Part shown: positions 1 to 7,531 of the stretch, one piece after another | Layout: each line of letters starts with the position of its first letter | Position numbering within the stretch: position 1 is the first letter of the stretch | Program-made: the position numbers and the translations under genes | DNA from: a virus | Lineage: Duplodnaviria > Caudoviricetes | Strand: one strand, 5' to 3' | IMG/VR virus record: IMGVR_UViG_3300012352_000546 | Span: 1 to 27,144 of that record | Length of the DNA stretch: 27,144 nt | The notes under the pieces: generated by a model | Seen by the model: the letters and a program-made list of their open reading frames with translations, nothing else | Told to the model about the DNA's origin: nothing | The model's database searches: none

Positions 1-36
1 ACAGAGGTATCACTATTTCAAACAGAACTAATATGA
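1..36 (+). CDS. 3' end of an upstream gene (partial; ...TEVSLFQTELI*)
   Basis: Frame 1 is open to TGA at 34-36, which overlaps the ATG at 33 (ATGA coupling typical of this window). Confidence 0.5.
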   Translation, partial: TEVSLFQTELI

Positions 37-182
37 CAAACAATAAACAACAAACTGCAATGAAAAAGGTATTAGTATTTACAATAAAAGCAGTATTATT
101 TTTAACAGTTGGTATCATATGTAAATTATTGATAGCAATGTTTGACGACTATAACGAAGCATTTAAAAACGGATGGCATTAA
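33..182 (+). CDS. 49-aa MTNNKQQT-leader cassette protein with one hydrophobic segment
   Basis: Translated by hand: MTNNKQQTAMKKVLVFTIKAVLFLTVGIICKLLIAMFDDYNEAFKNGWH*; TAATG overlap with the next gene; below the ORF-track cutoff. Confidence 0.75.
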   Translation: MTNNKQQTAMKKVLVFTIKAVLFLTVGIICKLLIAMFDDYNEAFKNGWH

Positions 183-430
183 TGACAAACAATAAACAAC
201 AAACGGCAGTGGAGTGGTTTTGGAATCAACTACCCGAAATTCTACCATTTACAGTAGATACTGAAACAGCAGTTAAATTGCAAGAAGGATATAAACAAGC
301 CAAAGCAATGCACAAAAAGGAAATAGAAGATGCTTGTAAATCATCTATTGCAAGTTGCGGAATGGGGCATATTTTTATTGAACTACCCGAACAATACTAC
401 GAACAAACCTACGGAGGAGGTGAGCAATGA
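182..430 (+). CDS. Hypothetical cassette protein (MTNNKQQTAVEW...TYGGGEQ)
   Basis: ORF track 173..430; start reassigned to 182 (repeat start, TAATG overlap). Confidence 0.85.
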   Translation: MTNNKQQTAVEWFWNQLPEILPFTVDTETAVKLQEGYKQAKAMHKKEIEDACKSSIASCGMGHIFIELPEQYYEQTYGGGEQ

Positions 431-612
431 CAAACAATAAACAACAAACTATGAAAACAATAATTAGCAGATTAACAATGTGTAGAGTATGCCGTCTATT
501 TGAAGATAAGGTAGTGAGGCAAACTGTTTATCTATATAAAGATAAATATGATGTTGAATGGATGGCGTTTAAGCCATTTTACTTTTGGAATTTTAGAGTA
601 AGAAGGGACTAA
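427..612 (+). CDS. Hypothetical cassette protein (MTNNKQQTMKT...)
   Basis: ORF track; ATGA overlap; CxxC motif (CRVC). Confidence 0.8.
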   Translation: MTNNKQQTMKTIISRLTMCRVCRLFEDKVVRQTVYLYKDKYDVEWMAFKPFYFWNFRVRRD

Positions 613-615
613 AGA

Positions 616-885
616 ATGACAAACAATAAACAACAGACGGCAGTGGGGCTGTACACAAAAAATGATTTAATAGTCGCAATTGGATTGACAAGGCACGGAA
701 ACCCAAATTGGTCAATTGATGAAATAGTCAACGATATTACACCTATGCAACTACCAAGTGATGAAGAAATTAAAAAAATGATGGAGTTGGATGGTATGGA
801 GTTTGACGAATTTGACCCTTACGATGTATCTTATTTAGGTGGTGCAACTTGGATGCGTAATAAAATACAAGGAGGTGAGCAATGA
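616..885 (+). CDS. Hypothetical cassette protein (MTNNKQQTAV...QGGEQ)
   Basis: ORF track; shared leader and GGEQ tail. Confidence 0.85.
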   Translation: MTNNKQQTAVGLYTKNDLIVAIGLTRHGNPNWSIDEIVNDITPMQLPSDEEIKKMMELDGMEFDEFDPYDVSYLGGATWMRNKIQGGEQ

Positions 886-1037
886 ACATCAGGGTTAAAC
901 ACAGAAACACAGAGATAGAACTTGAAGACATCAGGACCATCAATCACAATCTTGATATCATTAGTTTAGTTAAAGCCATTTCACAACAGATCCAAGAAAT
1001 AATCAGCAATGAAGACACCAATAGACCGCTTGGTTGA
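882..1037 (+). CDS. 51-aa hypothetical protein (MNIRVKHRNTEIELED...)
   Basis: Translated by hand; ATGA overlap with 616..885; GGAGGTGA upstream. Confidence 0.7.
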   Translation: MNIRVKHRNTEIELEDIRTINHNLDIISLVKAISQQIQEIISNEDTNRPLG

Positions 1038-1182
1038 ACACCTACGCACGGAGTTCCCCGATTTGGATATCAGCCCACACTTGATCTTCAACTTCAAACA
1101 ACTGGAGAAGATGGAACAACAACTCGCATACAATGCCGGGTTTGCAAACGCAAAAAAACTCTATTGTGAAAAATCTAACTGA
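1009..1182 (+). CDS. 57-aa hypothetical protein (MKTPIDRLVEHLRTEFPDL...)
   Basis: Translated by hand; fills the gap in the overlapping gene chain. Confidence 0.7.
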   Translation: MKTPIDRLVEHLRTEFPDLDISPHLIFNFKQLEKMEQQLAYNAGFANAKKLYCEKSN

Positions 1183-1315
1183 TAAACAAGCACTATGCTG
1201 GGCAATCGCAATCCTTCGTGATGATATGCGTTGCACCTGGAGACAGATTGCCCAGCGAATGCAATTCAGCGAATGCAAAGTGCGTCACCTTTACACACAA
1301 ACAAAACCCCTATGA
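1166..1315 (+). CDS. Small helix-turn-helix protein
   Basis: In frame with ORF 1133..1315; likely GTG start at 1166; TWRQIAQRMQFSECKVRHLY is HTH-like. Confidence 0.65.
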   Translation: MKNLTDKQALCWAIAILRDDMRCTWRQIAQRMQFSECKVRHLYTQTKPL

Positions 1316-1587
1316 ATGTTACCAAAGAACTTGTGAGACAATTGCTTGAGCAATATCCACAAACAAGAGACAATGACAACCTTTTAATGTCAATCATTTG
1401 GAGAAGCGAATCCAATCTGTTCAACTTTTATTCTCGTTTGGAATCAGGCAAACTAACACCAGCCGAGACCATCCGCAGATGTCGCCAACGGGTGCAGTTA
1501 GATCACCAAGAATTGCGAGGTACGATGTATGAGCTTCGACAAAAACACCAAGCAAAAGTGAAAAAAGAATTGGGATATGATGTGTGA
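1312..1587 (+). CDS. Hypothetical phage protein (MNVTKELV...YPQTRDNDNLL)
   Basis: ORF 1231..1587; ATG at 1312 overlaps the previous stop. Confidence 0.8.
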   Translation: MNVTKELVRQLLEQYPQTRDNDNLLMSIIWRSESNLFNFYSRLESGKLTPAETIRRCRQRVQLDHQELRGTMYELRQKHQAKVKKELGYDV

Positions 1588-1600
1588 TTGATTATCTTTG
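1570..1600 (+). promoter_or_regulatory. Bacteroidota housekeeping-sigma promoter (-33 TTG / -7 TATCTTTG)
   Basis: TTG at 1570-1572, 20-bp spacer, TAnnTTTG at 1593-1600; precedes the replication genes. Confidence 0.7.
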
Positions 1601-1605
1601 TTGCG

Positions 1606-1700
1606 TTAACTGGTATGTAGAAGATACCGAAAGTTAAAAAACATTTATCCCTTTTGAGTTGTGAGTGCTTCTACCACCACAATTTGAGAGGGATTTTTTT
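1606..1700 (+). ncRNA. Structured 5' leader RNA: two hairpins with complementary loops, the second terminator-like
   Basis: Hairpin 1 at 1606-1637 (loop GTAGAAG); hairpin 2 at 1647-1694 (17-bp stem with G-U pairs, terminal loop CTTCTAC) followed by T7 and then the ATG. Confidence 0.65.
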
Positions 1701-2315
1701 ATGGCTAAAGACAAAAAATCATTTATCCTGTATTGTGATCAACAAGGGATATTCAACAAACTTCCTGACGAAATTGCTGGGAAATTAATCAAACACATCT
1801 TCGCTTATGTGAACGATGAAAATCCACATTGTGATGACTTACTATTGTCAATCGCATTTGAACCCATTAAAACGCAATTAAAAAGGGATTTGGTGAAATA
1901 TGTTGATTACATTGAGAAACAAAGTGTTAACGGTTCAAAAGGTGGTAGACCAAAGAAAGCCAATGAAACCCAAAAAACCCAAGCCTTTTTTCAAGAACCC
2001 AAAAAAGCTGATAATGATAATGTAACTGATAATGTAAATGTAAATGTAAAAAAAGAATACAAACTGTCGTTTGATTTGTGGTTAAAGTATAAACAAGAGA
2101 AAAAGCAGAGATACACAAGAACTGGTATTGAACAACTCATAAAATCTTGTCAGTCAAAATACACACCAAAAGAATTCACGGAGGTCGTTGAACACTCCAT
2201 CACTCAAAACTATTCAGGTTTATATGCACCAAAAGATTTTGAGAAAAACAAAACGATTGAAATCATTAACAACAAAAACAAATTTAATTTGAAAGATTAT
2301 GACGAACGAGCTTGA
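1701..2315 (+). CDS. Phage replication initiator / replisome organiser (DUF6291-like N-terminus)
   Basis: MAKDKKSFILY start, NGSKGGRP motif, low-complexity DNDNV linker, C-terminal helical domain; directly upstream of the helicase. Confidence 0.75.
   Translation: MAKDKKSFILYCDQQGIFNKLPDEIAGKLIKHIFAYVNDENPHCDDLLLSIAFEPIKTQLKRDLVKYVDYIEKQSVNGSKGGRPKKANETQKTQAFFQEPKKADNDNVTDNVNVNVKKEYKLSFDLWLKYKQEKKQRYTRTGIEQLIKSCQSKYTPKEFTEVVEHSITQNYSGLYAPKDFEKNKTIEIINNKNKFNLKDYDERA
1967..2051 (+). repeat. Iteron-like repeats (AACCCAA x3) and AT-rich hexamer repeats; putative replication origin
   Basis: AACCCAA at 1967, 1976 and 1996; GATAAT/GTAAAT-type hexamers x7 at 2010-2051, inside the initiator gene. Confidence 0.5.
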
Positions 2316-3537
2316 AGAATACATCATTGGTCAATTGCTTTATTACGAGCAAGTGAGAGCATTGCTACCAAGAATTAAACCAGTATGGTTTGAAACAAAA
2401 CTCTATCAAAGGGTGATTGAGTTTATGATGGAGAGATATATCCAAAACGAACCCATTGACTATGTGTGTTTGGTTGGGAAGTTTGAAAGAACTGAAGTAC
2501 AACATCTTGTTACAATTGGTCAAGCCGTTTATTCTATGCCCAATTTAAGCCAATATCTTCCAAAATTGGAACATAGATACTTACAAAAGAATTTCGTTCA
2601 GCAAATCTCTTCTATTGATGTCACATTGGATTTGAAAGAGATGCTCACCTTTACACAAACTTTGATTGATAACACCAAGTTCACCACCATAAACGATCCT
2701 TTGTCTATTCACAAAGTTGTGGCATCGGCAGTTGATACAATAACCGAATCAATCAAAAGGGGTGACAAGATAACCGGAAAGCAAACTGGATGGCAATCAC
2801 TTGACAGGGTATTGGGTGGATGGAATCACGGTGATTTGGTTGTGATGGCTGCGAGACCGGGACAAGGAAAGACCGCACTTGCTTTGTCATTGATGTATGA
2901 GTTTGGGAAATTGGGTGGTAAGGGTTTATTCATTTCACTTGAAATGTCATCCGAGCAATTGGCGAAGAGATACTTGTCATTGATTTGTGATCTGCCCAAC
3001 TGGAAGATTCGCAATGCGACATTAAGAGAGAATGAGGTGATTTATATGTGTGATAGTGTAAACAATTCGGTGGTTGAGTTCTTTGTTGATGACGATCCGA
3101 ATTCATCCATCAATCAAATCAAATCAAAAGCAAAAATACACAAGGCAAAACACGGATTGGAATTGCTTATCATTGATTACATCCAGTTGATCAAAGGAAC
3201 AAAGCAAAACAGAGAGCAAGAAATCGCAGAGATATCTCGAAACCTTAAATTATTAGCAAAGGAATTGCAAATCACCGTGATTGTTTTGGCACAACTTTCA
3301 AGGAAGTGTGAGGAGAGAGCAGATAAAAGACCGATGCTATCCGACATTCGGGAGAGTGGGAGTATTGAACAAGATGCAGATGTTGTAATGTTCCCCTTTA
3401 GACCTGATTACTATTCAAAGGAACGCAATGAATCGGAGGATGCTGAACTGATTATCGCAAAGAACAGGCACGGAGAATGTTTCACAATTGAAACCACCTT
3501 CATTGGATCACGAACAATGTACCAAGAACGCATATGA
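2299..3537 (+). CDS. dnaB: Replicative DNA helicase, DnaB family
   Basis: AARPGQGKT Walker A, SLEMS, IIDYIQL, LAQLSR, SDIRESGSIEQDAD and IAKNRHG motifs. Confidence 0.96.
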   Translation: MTNELEEYIIGQLLYYEQVRALLPRIKPVWFETKLYQRVIEFMMERYIQNEPIDYVCLVGKFERTEVQHLVTIGQAVYSMPNLSQYLPKLEHRYLQKNFVQQISSIDVTLDLKEMLTFTQTLIDNTKFTTINDPLSIHKVVASAVDTITESIKRGDKITGKQTGWQSLDRVLGGWNHGDLVVMAARPGQGKTALALSLMYEFGKLGGKGLFISLEMSSEQLAKRYLSLICDLPNWKIRNATLRENEVIYMCDSVNNSVVEFFVDDDPNSSINQIKSKAKIHKAKHGLELLIIDYIQLIKGTKQNREQEIAEISRNLKLLAKELQITVIVLAQLSRKCEERADKRPMLSDIRESGSIEQDADVVMFPFRPDYYSKERNESEDAELIIAKNRHGECFTIETTFIGSRTMYQERI

Positions 3538-4136
3538 GAACACAATGGACAAAAGAAATGTTGGAATATATAAAATCCAATTATGCAAATGAATCATCAA
3601 AAAGCATTGCAGAGCGTTTTAACATCGAATTAACTGCAGTTTACAACAAGGCTTTTGTATTGGGATTGAAGAAAAGCACAGAATATGTTGAGAAGCATTG
3701 CAGGAATCTTCAGAGATCTGTTCGTAACCAGTTTCCAAAAGGACATAATCCGTGGAACAAAGGTCAAAAGGGTTTGCAGATTGGAGGAATTGAAACACAA
3801 TTCAAGAAAGGACAAACACCACACAACACCAAACCAATTGGATATCGTTCAATGAGAGATGGGTACTGGGTGGAAAGGATAGAAAAAGGATTTGAGTTTG
3901 TTCATGTACTGATTTGGAAACAACACTACGGTGATATTCCAAAGGGATTGTTCATAGTATTCAAAGACCGCAATCAACAAAACCTTGTTATTGAAAATCT
4001 CGAACTAATTGACCGGGCAGAAAATATGCGGAGAAATTCCGTGCAAAATCTACCAAAAGAAATTCTTGAAGTAATTCATATTAAAAAATCAATCACACGA
4101 AAAATTAATCAAATAGAAAAAAATGGCACGAAATAA
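3534..4136 (+). CDS. HNH endonuclease with N-terminal HTH and (Q)F-KG..P-N repeats
   Basis: HVLIWKQHYGDIPKG..VFKDRNQQNLVIENLELI..ENMRRN degenerate HNH; QFPKGHNPWN and QFKKGQTPHN repeats. Confidence 0.8.
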   Translation: MRTQWTKEMLEYIKSNYANESSKSIAERFNIELTAVYNKAFVLGLKKSTEYVEKHCRNLQRSVRNQFPKGHNPWNKGQKGLQIGGIETQFKKGQTPHNTKPIGYRSMRDGYWVERIEKGFEFVHVLIWKQHYGDIPKGLFIVFKDRNQQNLVIENLELIDRAENMRRNSVQNLPKEILEVIHIKKSITRKINQIEKNGTK

Positions 4137-4344
4137 AATTAACGATCTCCGTGATCACTTATTTGAAACACTGGAACGCCTGAAGGATGGCGACATTGAC
4201 ATCGCAACTGCAAAAGCAATGGCAGATGTTGGACAAGTAATTATCAATTCAGCAAAGATTGAAATTGATTTCATCAAAGCAACTGGATCAACAAAGGATT
4301 CAGGATTCATTCGGTTAAACGATGGCAATGAAAAGTTGTTATGA
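4123..4344 (+). CDS. Conserved small phage protein (NKINDLRDHLFETLERLKD), partner of the preceding HNH
   Basis: ORF track; overlaps the HNH stop. Confidence 0.75.
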   Translation: MARNKINDLRDHLFETLERLKDGDIDIATAKAMADVGQVIINSAKIEIDFIKATGSTKDSGFIRLNDGNEKLL

Positions 4345-4652
4345 AGATAATTGACAGACGCAGAGACGAACAACTCGGAACAAAAGCCAAAGGATTGCCA
4401 ATGTACAAAGAGTTCATACAACTCGTTGAAAAGGACAAGAGGGTGCAATCATACTACAATATGAAAGATATGCTGTTAGATGCGTTCAAATGGGATAAAA
4501 CGCCACAAGGTCACGAGTACTGGCAATCGGTTTATGATTCAATCGTAATTGCAGACCATCCCAAATGTCCCCAGTGCAACACCATCGGCAAGGTAAAATT
4601 GCTCAAGACCGTAAACAAGCACAAGTGTAACAAATGTAAAATCATATTCTAA
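4341..4652 (+). CDS. Hypothetical protein with C-terminal zinc ribbon
   Basis: AFKWDKTPQGHEYW motif; CPQC...CNKC. Confidence 0.75.
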   Translation: MKIIDRRRDEQLGTKAKGLPMYKEFIQLVEKDKRVQSYYNMKDMLLDAFKWDKTPQGHEYWQSVYDSIVIADHPKCPQCNTIGKVKLLKTVNKHKCNKCKIIF

Positions 4653-4843
4653 TGAAAACAATAACTATAACTGAAGAACAATTAAAAAAATTAATCGTCC
4701 ATGCCTATAGCGGTGGATGGCACGATGGACAAGACGAAATAATTATGAGAATTGAACACATTGACAAAGGTGGGGATGAACTCGGTGAACAATGGTATTC
4801 AACTATGGTTATAAGTGACCTTGAAGAATTAAATCTGTTATGA
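4652..4843 (+). CDS. Hypothetical protein
   Basis: ORF track; TAATG and ATGA overlaps on both sides. Confidence 0.7.
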   Translation: MKTITITEEQLKKLIVHAYSGGWHDGQDEIIMRIEHIDKGGDELGEQWYSTMVISDLEELNLL

Positions 4844-5313
4844 ACCCCTACCAAGAAACCCACAACCTGAAGCAAGAGATTCGCAGATTGCGATTGCAGA
4901 TTGCAGACATAACCGTCAAGCACGACAAAGAGTTGAAACGATTAAAAGAAGAAATCATTCAACCCAAGTGCGATTTGAAGACCATTGATGCTGATTGGAC
5001 AGATGCAATGAGAGTTTGTTGTCAAGCCTACGATGTCACACCTGATCTTGTGATTTCATCATTGAGAAAACAATCCGTTGTCTATGCCCGTCATATGTTT
5101 TCATTCCTTTGCCGTAAACATTTGAAGATGACATTTAGTTCAATTGGCTATATATTAGGGAGAGACCATTCAAGCGTGATGAATGCCATCAATGTGTTTG
5201 ACAATCTAATTACACACGACAGAACCACACGACAGACATATGAAACATCCCTTCAGTTATTGGGTGATTACTTGCACCAAAGGACTCTCCAGCACGATAC
5301 ACATCTTGTATGA
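4840..5313 (+). CDS. Protein with DnaA C-terminal (domain IV) HTH
   Basis: YARHMFSFLCRKHLKMTFSSIGYILGRDHSSVMNAI matches the DnaA domain IV signature (GRDH.TV); N-terminal coiled coil. Confidence 0.8.
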   Translation: MNPYQETHNLKQEIRRLRLQIADITVKHDKELKRLKEEIIQPKCDLKTIDADWTDAMRVCCQAYDVTPDLVISSLRKQSVVYARHMFSFLCRKHLKMTFSSIGYILGRDHSSVMNAINVFDNLITHDRTTRQTYETSLQLLGDYLHQRTLQHDTHLV

Positions 5314-5389
5314 GGAAGATCAGGTGATAAGATGTCAAAAAAAATACGAAAAAGATGGTTATATTTGCATTATTGAAAAGAAAAATTGA
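5240..5389 (+). CDS. 49-aa hypothetical protein (MKHPFSYWVITCTKG...)
   Basis: Translated by hand; its TGA overlaps the TTG start of the next gene. Confidence 0.55.
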   Translation: MKHPFSYWVITCTKGLSSTIHILYEEDQVIRCQKKYEKDGYICIIEKKN

Positions 5390-5895
5390 ATAAAGCCGAC
5401 ATCATATTGGAACTATCCAAAGCAGATTGGCTGAGGAAAGCAACCAAGAACATTGCAAAAAACAATGAGTTGGCAAGGGAGTTGTATCAATTTTACTTTT
5501 TGACTATCCTTGAGAAACCTGATGAACAAATCGAAAAAATATACAGAGACGGATACATCCAGTTTTGGTCAATCCGTCTTTTATACCTTTGTATCAACGG
5601 CAACCGGCATCCCTTTGGCGAATCAAGAATATATGATCAACACGATGTGTACGAGCTTGACTTCGCTGAAGAAATTGACTTACTGGATGAGAGGGAACAA
5701 GCCGAAGGAATCGAACTTGAAAGAATCAACAAAATAAACCAAGTCACAGAATCAGCATATTTCTATGAACGAGAACTTTTCAAACTATGGTGTTCAGGAA
5801 TGTCAGCAAGAGCAATCCATAGGAAGACCGATATCTCCGTTCGTGAAGTGCTGCGAGTAATTAAACTAATGAAAGAAAGATGTATAACGAAATAA
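5386..5895 (+). CDS. Phage-encoded sigma70/ECF-like transcription factor
   Basis: Region-2-like ELARELYQFYFLTILEK; region-4 HTH YERELFKLWCSGMSARAIHRKTDISVREV; about 170 aa. Confidence 0.7.
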   Translation: MNKADIILELSKADWLRKATKNIAKNNELARELYQFYFLTILEKPDEQIEKIYRDGYIQFWSIRLLYLCINGNRHPFGESRIYDQHDVYELDFAEEIDLLDEREQAEGIELERINKINQVTESAYFYERELFKLWCSGMSARAIHRKTDISVREVLRVIKLMKERCITK

Positions 5896-6134
5896 TTGGA
5901 ATCGCTTGTTTGGCAATCATCATCGTAAACTTTGGCAAACCAGCCGATTTATTAAAACGCTATCTGTACGGAAGCGATTATTCCAAATGGAAGCGAATGA
6001 AACCCCTTGACTGTGCTTTCTGCTTGTCTTGGTGGTTGGGCTTGTCCTTTTTCCTATACACCTACGGTTGGGTGGGGATACTTTATGCATCCATCGCAAC
6101 TGTGATTGTCGCACTCCTTGAAACAAAACTATGA
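5880..6134 (+). CDS. Small membrane protein with KPLDCAFCLSWW motif (DUF1360-like)
   Basis: Three hydrophobic segments plus CxxC. Confidence 0.7.
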   Translation: MYNEIIGIACLAIIIVNFGKPADLLKRYLYGSDYSKWKRMKPLDCAFCLSWWLGLSFFLYTYGWVGILYASIATVIVALLETKL

Positions 6135-6403
6135 GCAACATCGAATTCATACTATCACTTCAACCGTTGTACGACAACTGGAAGAAAACACAAGTGTTCA
6201 ACCCAACACCAGAACAAGGGGCAATCCTGAACAATGTCCACCGTGAAATCTTCGGAAGGAACTTGCCAAATTGCAGTACTTGTGTGACCGAAGCCTTGCA
6301 CTCACTTTTGATATGGGCAAACCAACAACAAGAAGCCATCACCAAAGCACAACTTGCCGATGATGAGCAGAAACCAAAGAGGAGGAGAAAGAATGAGCAA
6401 TAA
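6131..6403 (+). CDS. Hypothetical CxxC protein
   Basis: NCSTCV motif; basic C-terminal tail. Confidence 0.75.
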   Translation: MSNIEFILSLQPLYDNWKKTQVFNPTPEQGAILNNVHREIFGRNLPNCSTCVTEALHSLLIWANQQQEAITKAQLADDEQKPKRRRKNEQ

Positions 6404-6668
6404 ACAACAGACGGCAGTAGATAGAAAAATCGGGAATTCCGATAAATCGTTAGTTATTTACACTCACGATGATGTTATTGAAATGATGAATAGATTTCAT
6501 ACAAGCATTTTGAATAGGGATTTATGTATGGCAAAATTGACGCCTATAAAAATTACCATTAAAGAATATGAAGCATTTAAAATATTCAAAGCAGGTCAAG
6601 AATCAATGGAGGATGGTGGAAAATCATTCGACCAATTTTGGGAAACCTACGGAGGAAGTGAACAATGA
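6393..6668 (+). CDS. Dispersed cassette protein (MSNKQQTAV...ETYGGSEQ)
   Basis: ORF 6354..6668, start reassigned to 6393; carries both cassette boundary motifs. Confidence 0.8.
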   Translation: MSNKQQTAVDRKIGNSDKSLVIYTHDDVIEMMNRFHTSILNRDLCMAKLTPIKITIKEYEAFKIFKAGQESMEDGGKSFDQFWETYGGSEQ

Positions 6669-6886
6669 AAGCAATACTTGAGTTTGACTTAACTGAAGAA
6701 CGAGAAGAGTTTGATATGGCAGTCAACGGATACAAGTTCTCGTTGGTTGCTCACTACTTAGACCAACATTTGAGAGGTTTGATAAAATATCCACCGGATA
6801 ATCAAAGCGAGGATACCTACAAAGCATTGCAAGAGACAAGAGACAAACTCCACCAACTGCTGAATGAGTATAATCTTGAGGTATGA
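6665..6886 (+). CDS. Hypothetical phage protein (MKAILEFDL...)
   Basis: ORF track; ATGA overlaps. Confidence 0.8.
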   Translation: MKAILEFDLTEEREEFDMAVNGYKFSLVAHYLDQHLRGLIKYPPDNQSEDTYKALQETRDKLHQLLNEYNLEV

Positions 6887-7134
6887 AGAAACACACAATG
6901 GTATATTTCAAACACTTTGGCTATGACATCAGCTCATTCATAGATTGTGAGGTATGTGGTAGGGTTGGCAACGACCTTCATCATATTGAAGCAAGGGGAA
7001 TGGGAGGTACAAAAACAAAGGATGTCATTGAAAACCTAATGTGTTTGTGCAGAGAATGTCACATCAAATATGGTGACAAAAAACAATACAAGGAGTTCTT
7101 GAAAGAGAAGCACGAAGAGAAATTGAAACTGTGA
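6883..7134 (+). CDS. Small HNH endonuclease, probably packaging-associated (HK97 gp74-like position)
   Basis: CEVC..DLHHI..ENLMCLCRECH; immediately upstream of the terminase small subunit candidate. Confidence 0.85.
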   Translation: MKKHTMVYFKHFGYDISSFIDCEVCGRVGNDLHHIEARGMGGTKTKDVIENLMCLCRECHIKYGDKKQYKEFLKEKHEEKLKL

Positions 7135-7150
7135 ACCAACTGCGAGAATT

Positions 7151-7531
7151 ATGGCAAATCCTGAAAACTTAAAACCCTTCAAGAAAGGTGAAGATGAGAG
7201 AAGAAATCTTCAAGGCAGACCGCAAAAATTAATCACTCAATTGAAAGAGATTGGATACACCAAAAGTCAGGTTGAGGATAGTGTGAACGCTATGCTTACT
7301 TTGTCAAGGAAAGAACTGGAGAAGATAGACAGAGGGGATGAGTACACAATCTTTGAACGCATCATTGCCGGTGCATTATTGAAATCGCACGACAAGAACT
7401 CTCTGTTCAACTTGGAGATGTTGCTCACACGATCACAAGGCAAACCAAAAGAAACAATCGACCAAACGATAGAAAGTAAGAATTTCACAATAACTTTGAA
7501 TTTAGATGAGAGCAAGTTGGAGAGGGGATGA
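7151..7531 (+). CDS. Probable terminase small subunit (DUF5681-like N-terminus)
   Basis: NLKPFKKG...NLQGRP N-terminus, GKPKETIDQ C-terminus; position upstream of TerL. Confidence 0.65.
   Translation: MANPENLKPFKKGEDERRNLQGRPQKLITQLKEIGYTKSQVEDSVNAMLTLSRKELEKIDRGDEYTIFERIIAGALLKSHDKNSLFNLEMLLTRSQGKPKETIDQTIESKNFTITLNLDESKLERG

Larger units (their letters stand above)
33..638 (+). repeat. Four direct repeats ATGACAAACAATAAACAACARAC (23 bp) at 33, 182, 427 and 616
   Basis: The first 20 bp are identical in all four copies; each copy begins an ORF; a degenerate fifth copy lies at 6393. Confidence 0.95.

Noticed and set aside
33-638. CRISPR-like array of 23-bp repeats
   Set aside because: The intervening segments are 126-222 bp, unequal and protein-coding; the repeat is non-palindromic and no cas genes are present.
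5360-5367. TATATTTG possible -7 promoter box before the sigma-like gene
   Set aside because: There is no TTG/TTTG at the expected -33 position and it lies in a coding ORF; possible but not supportable.
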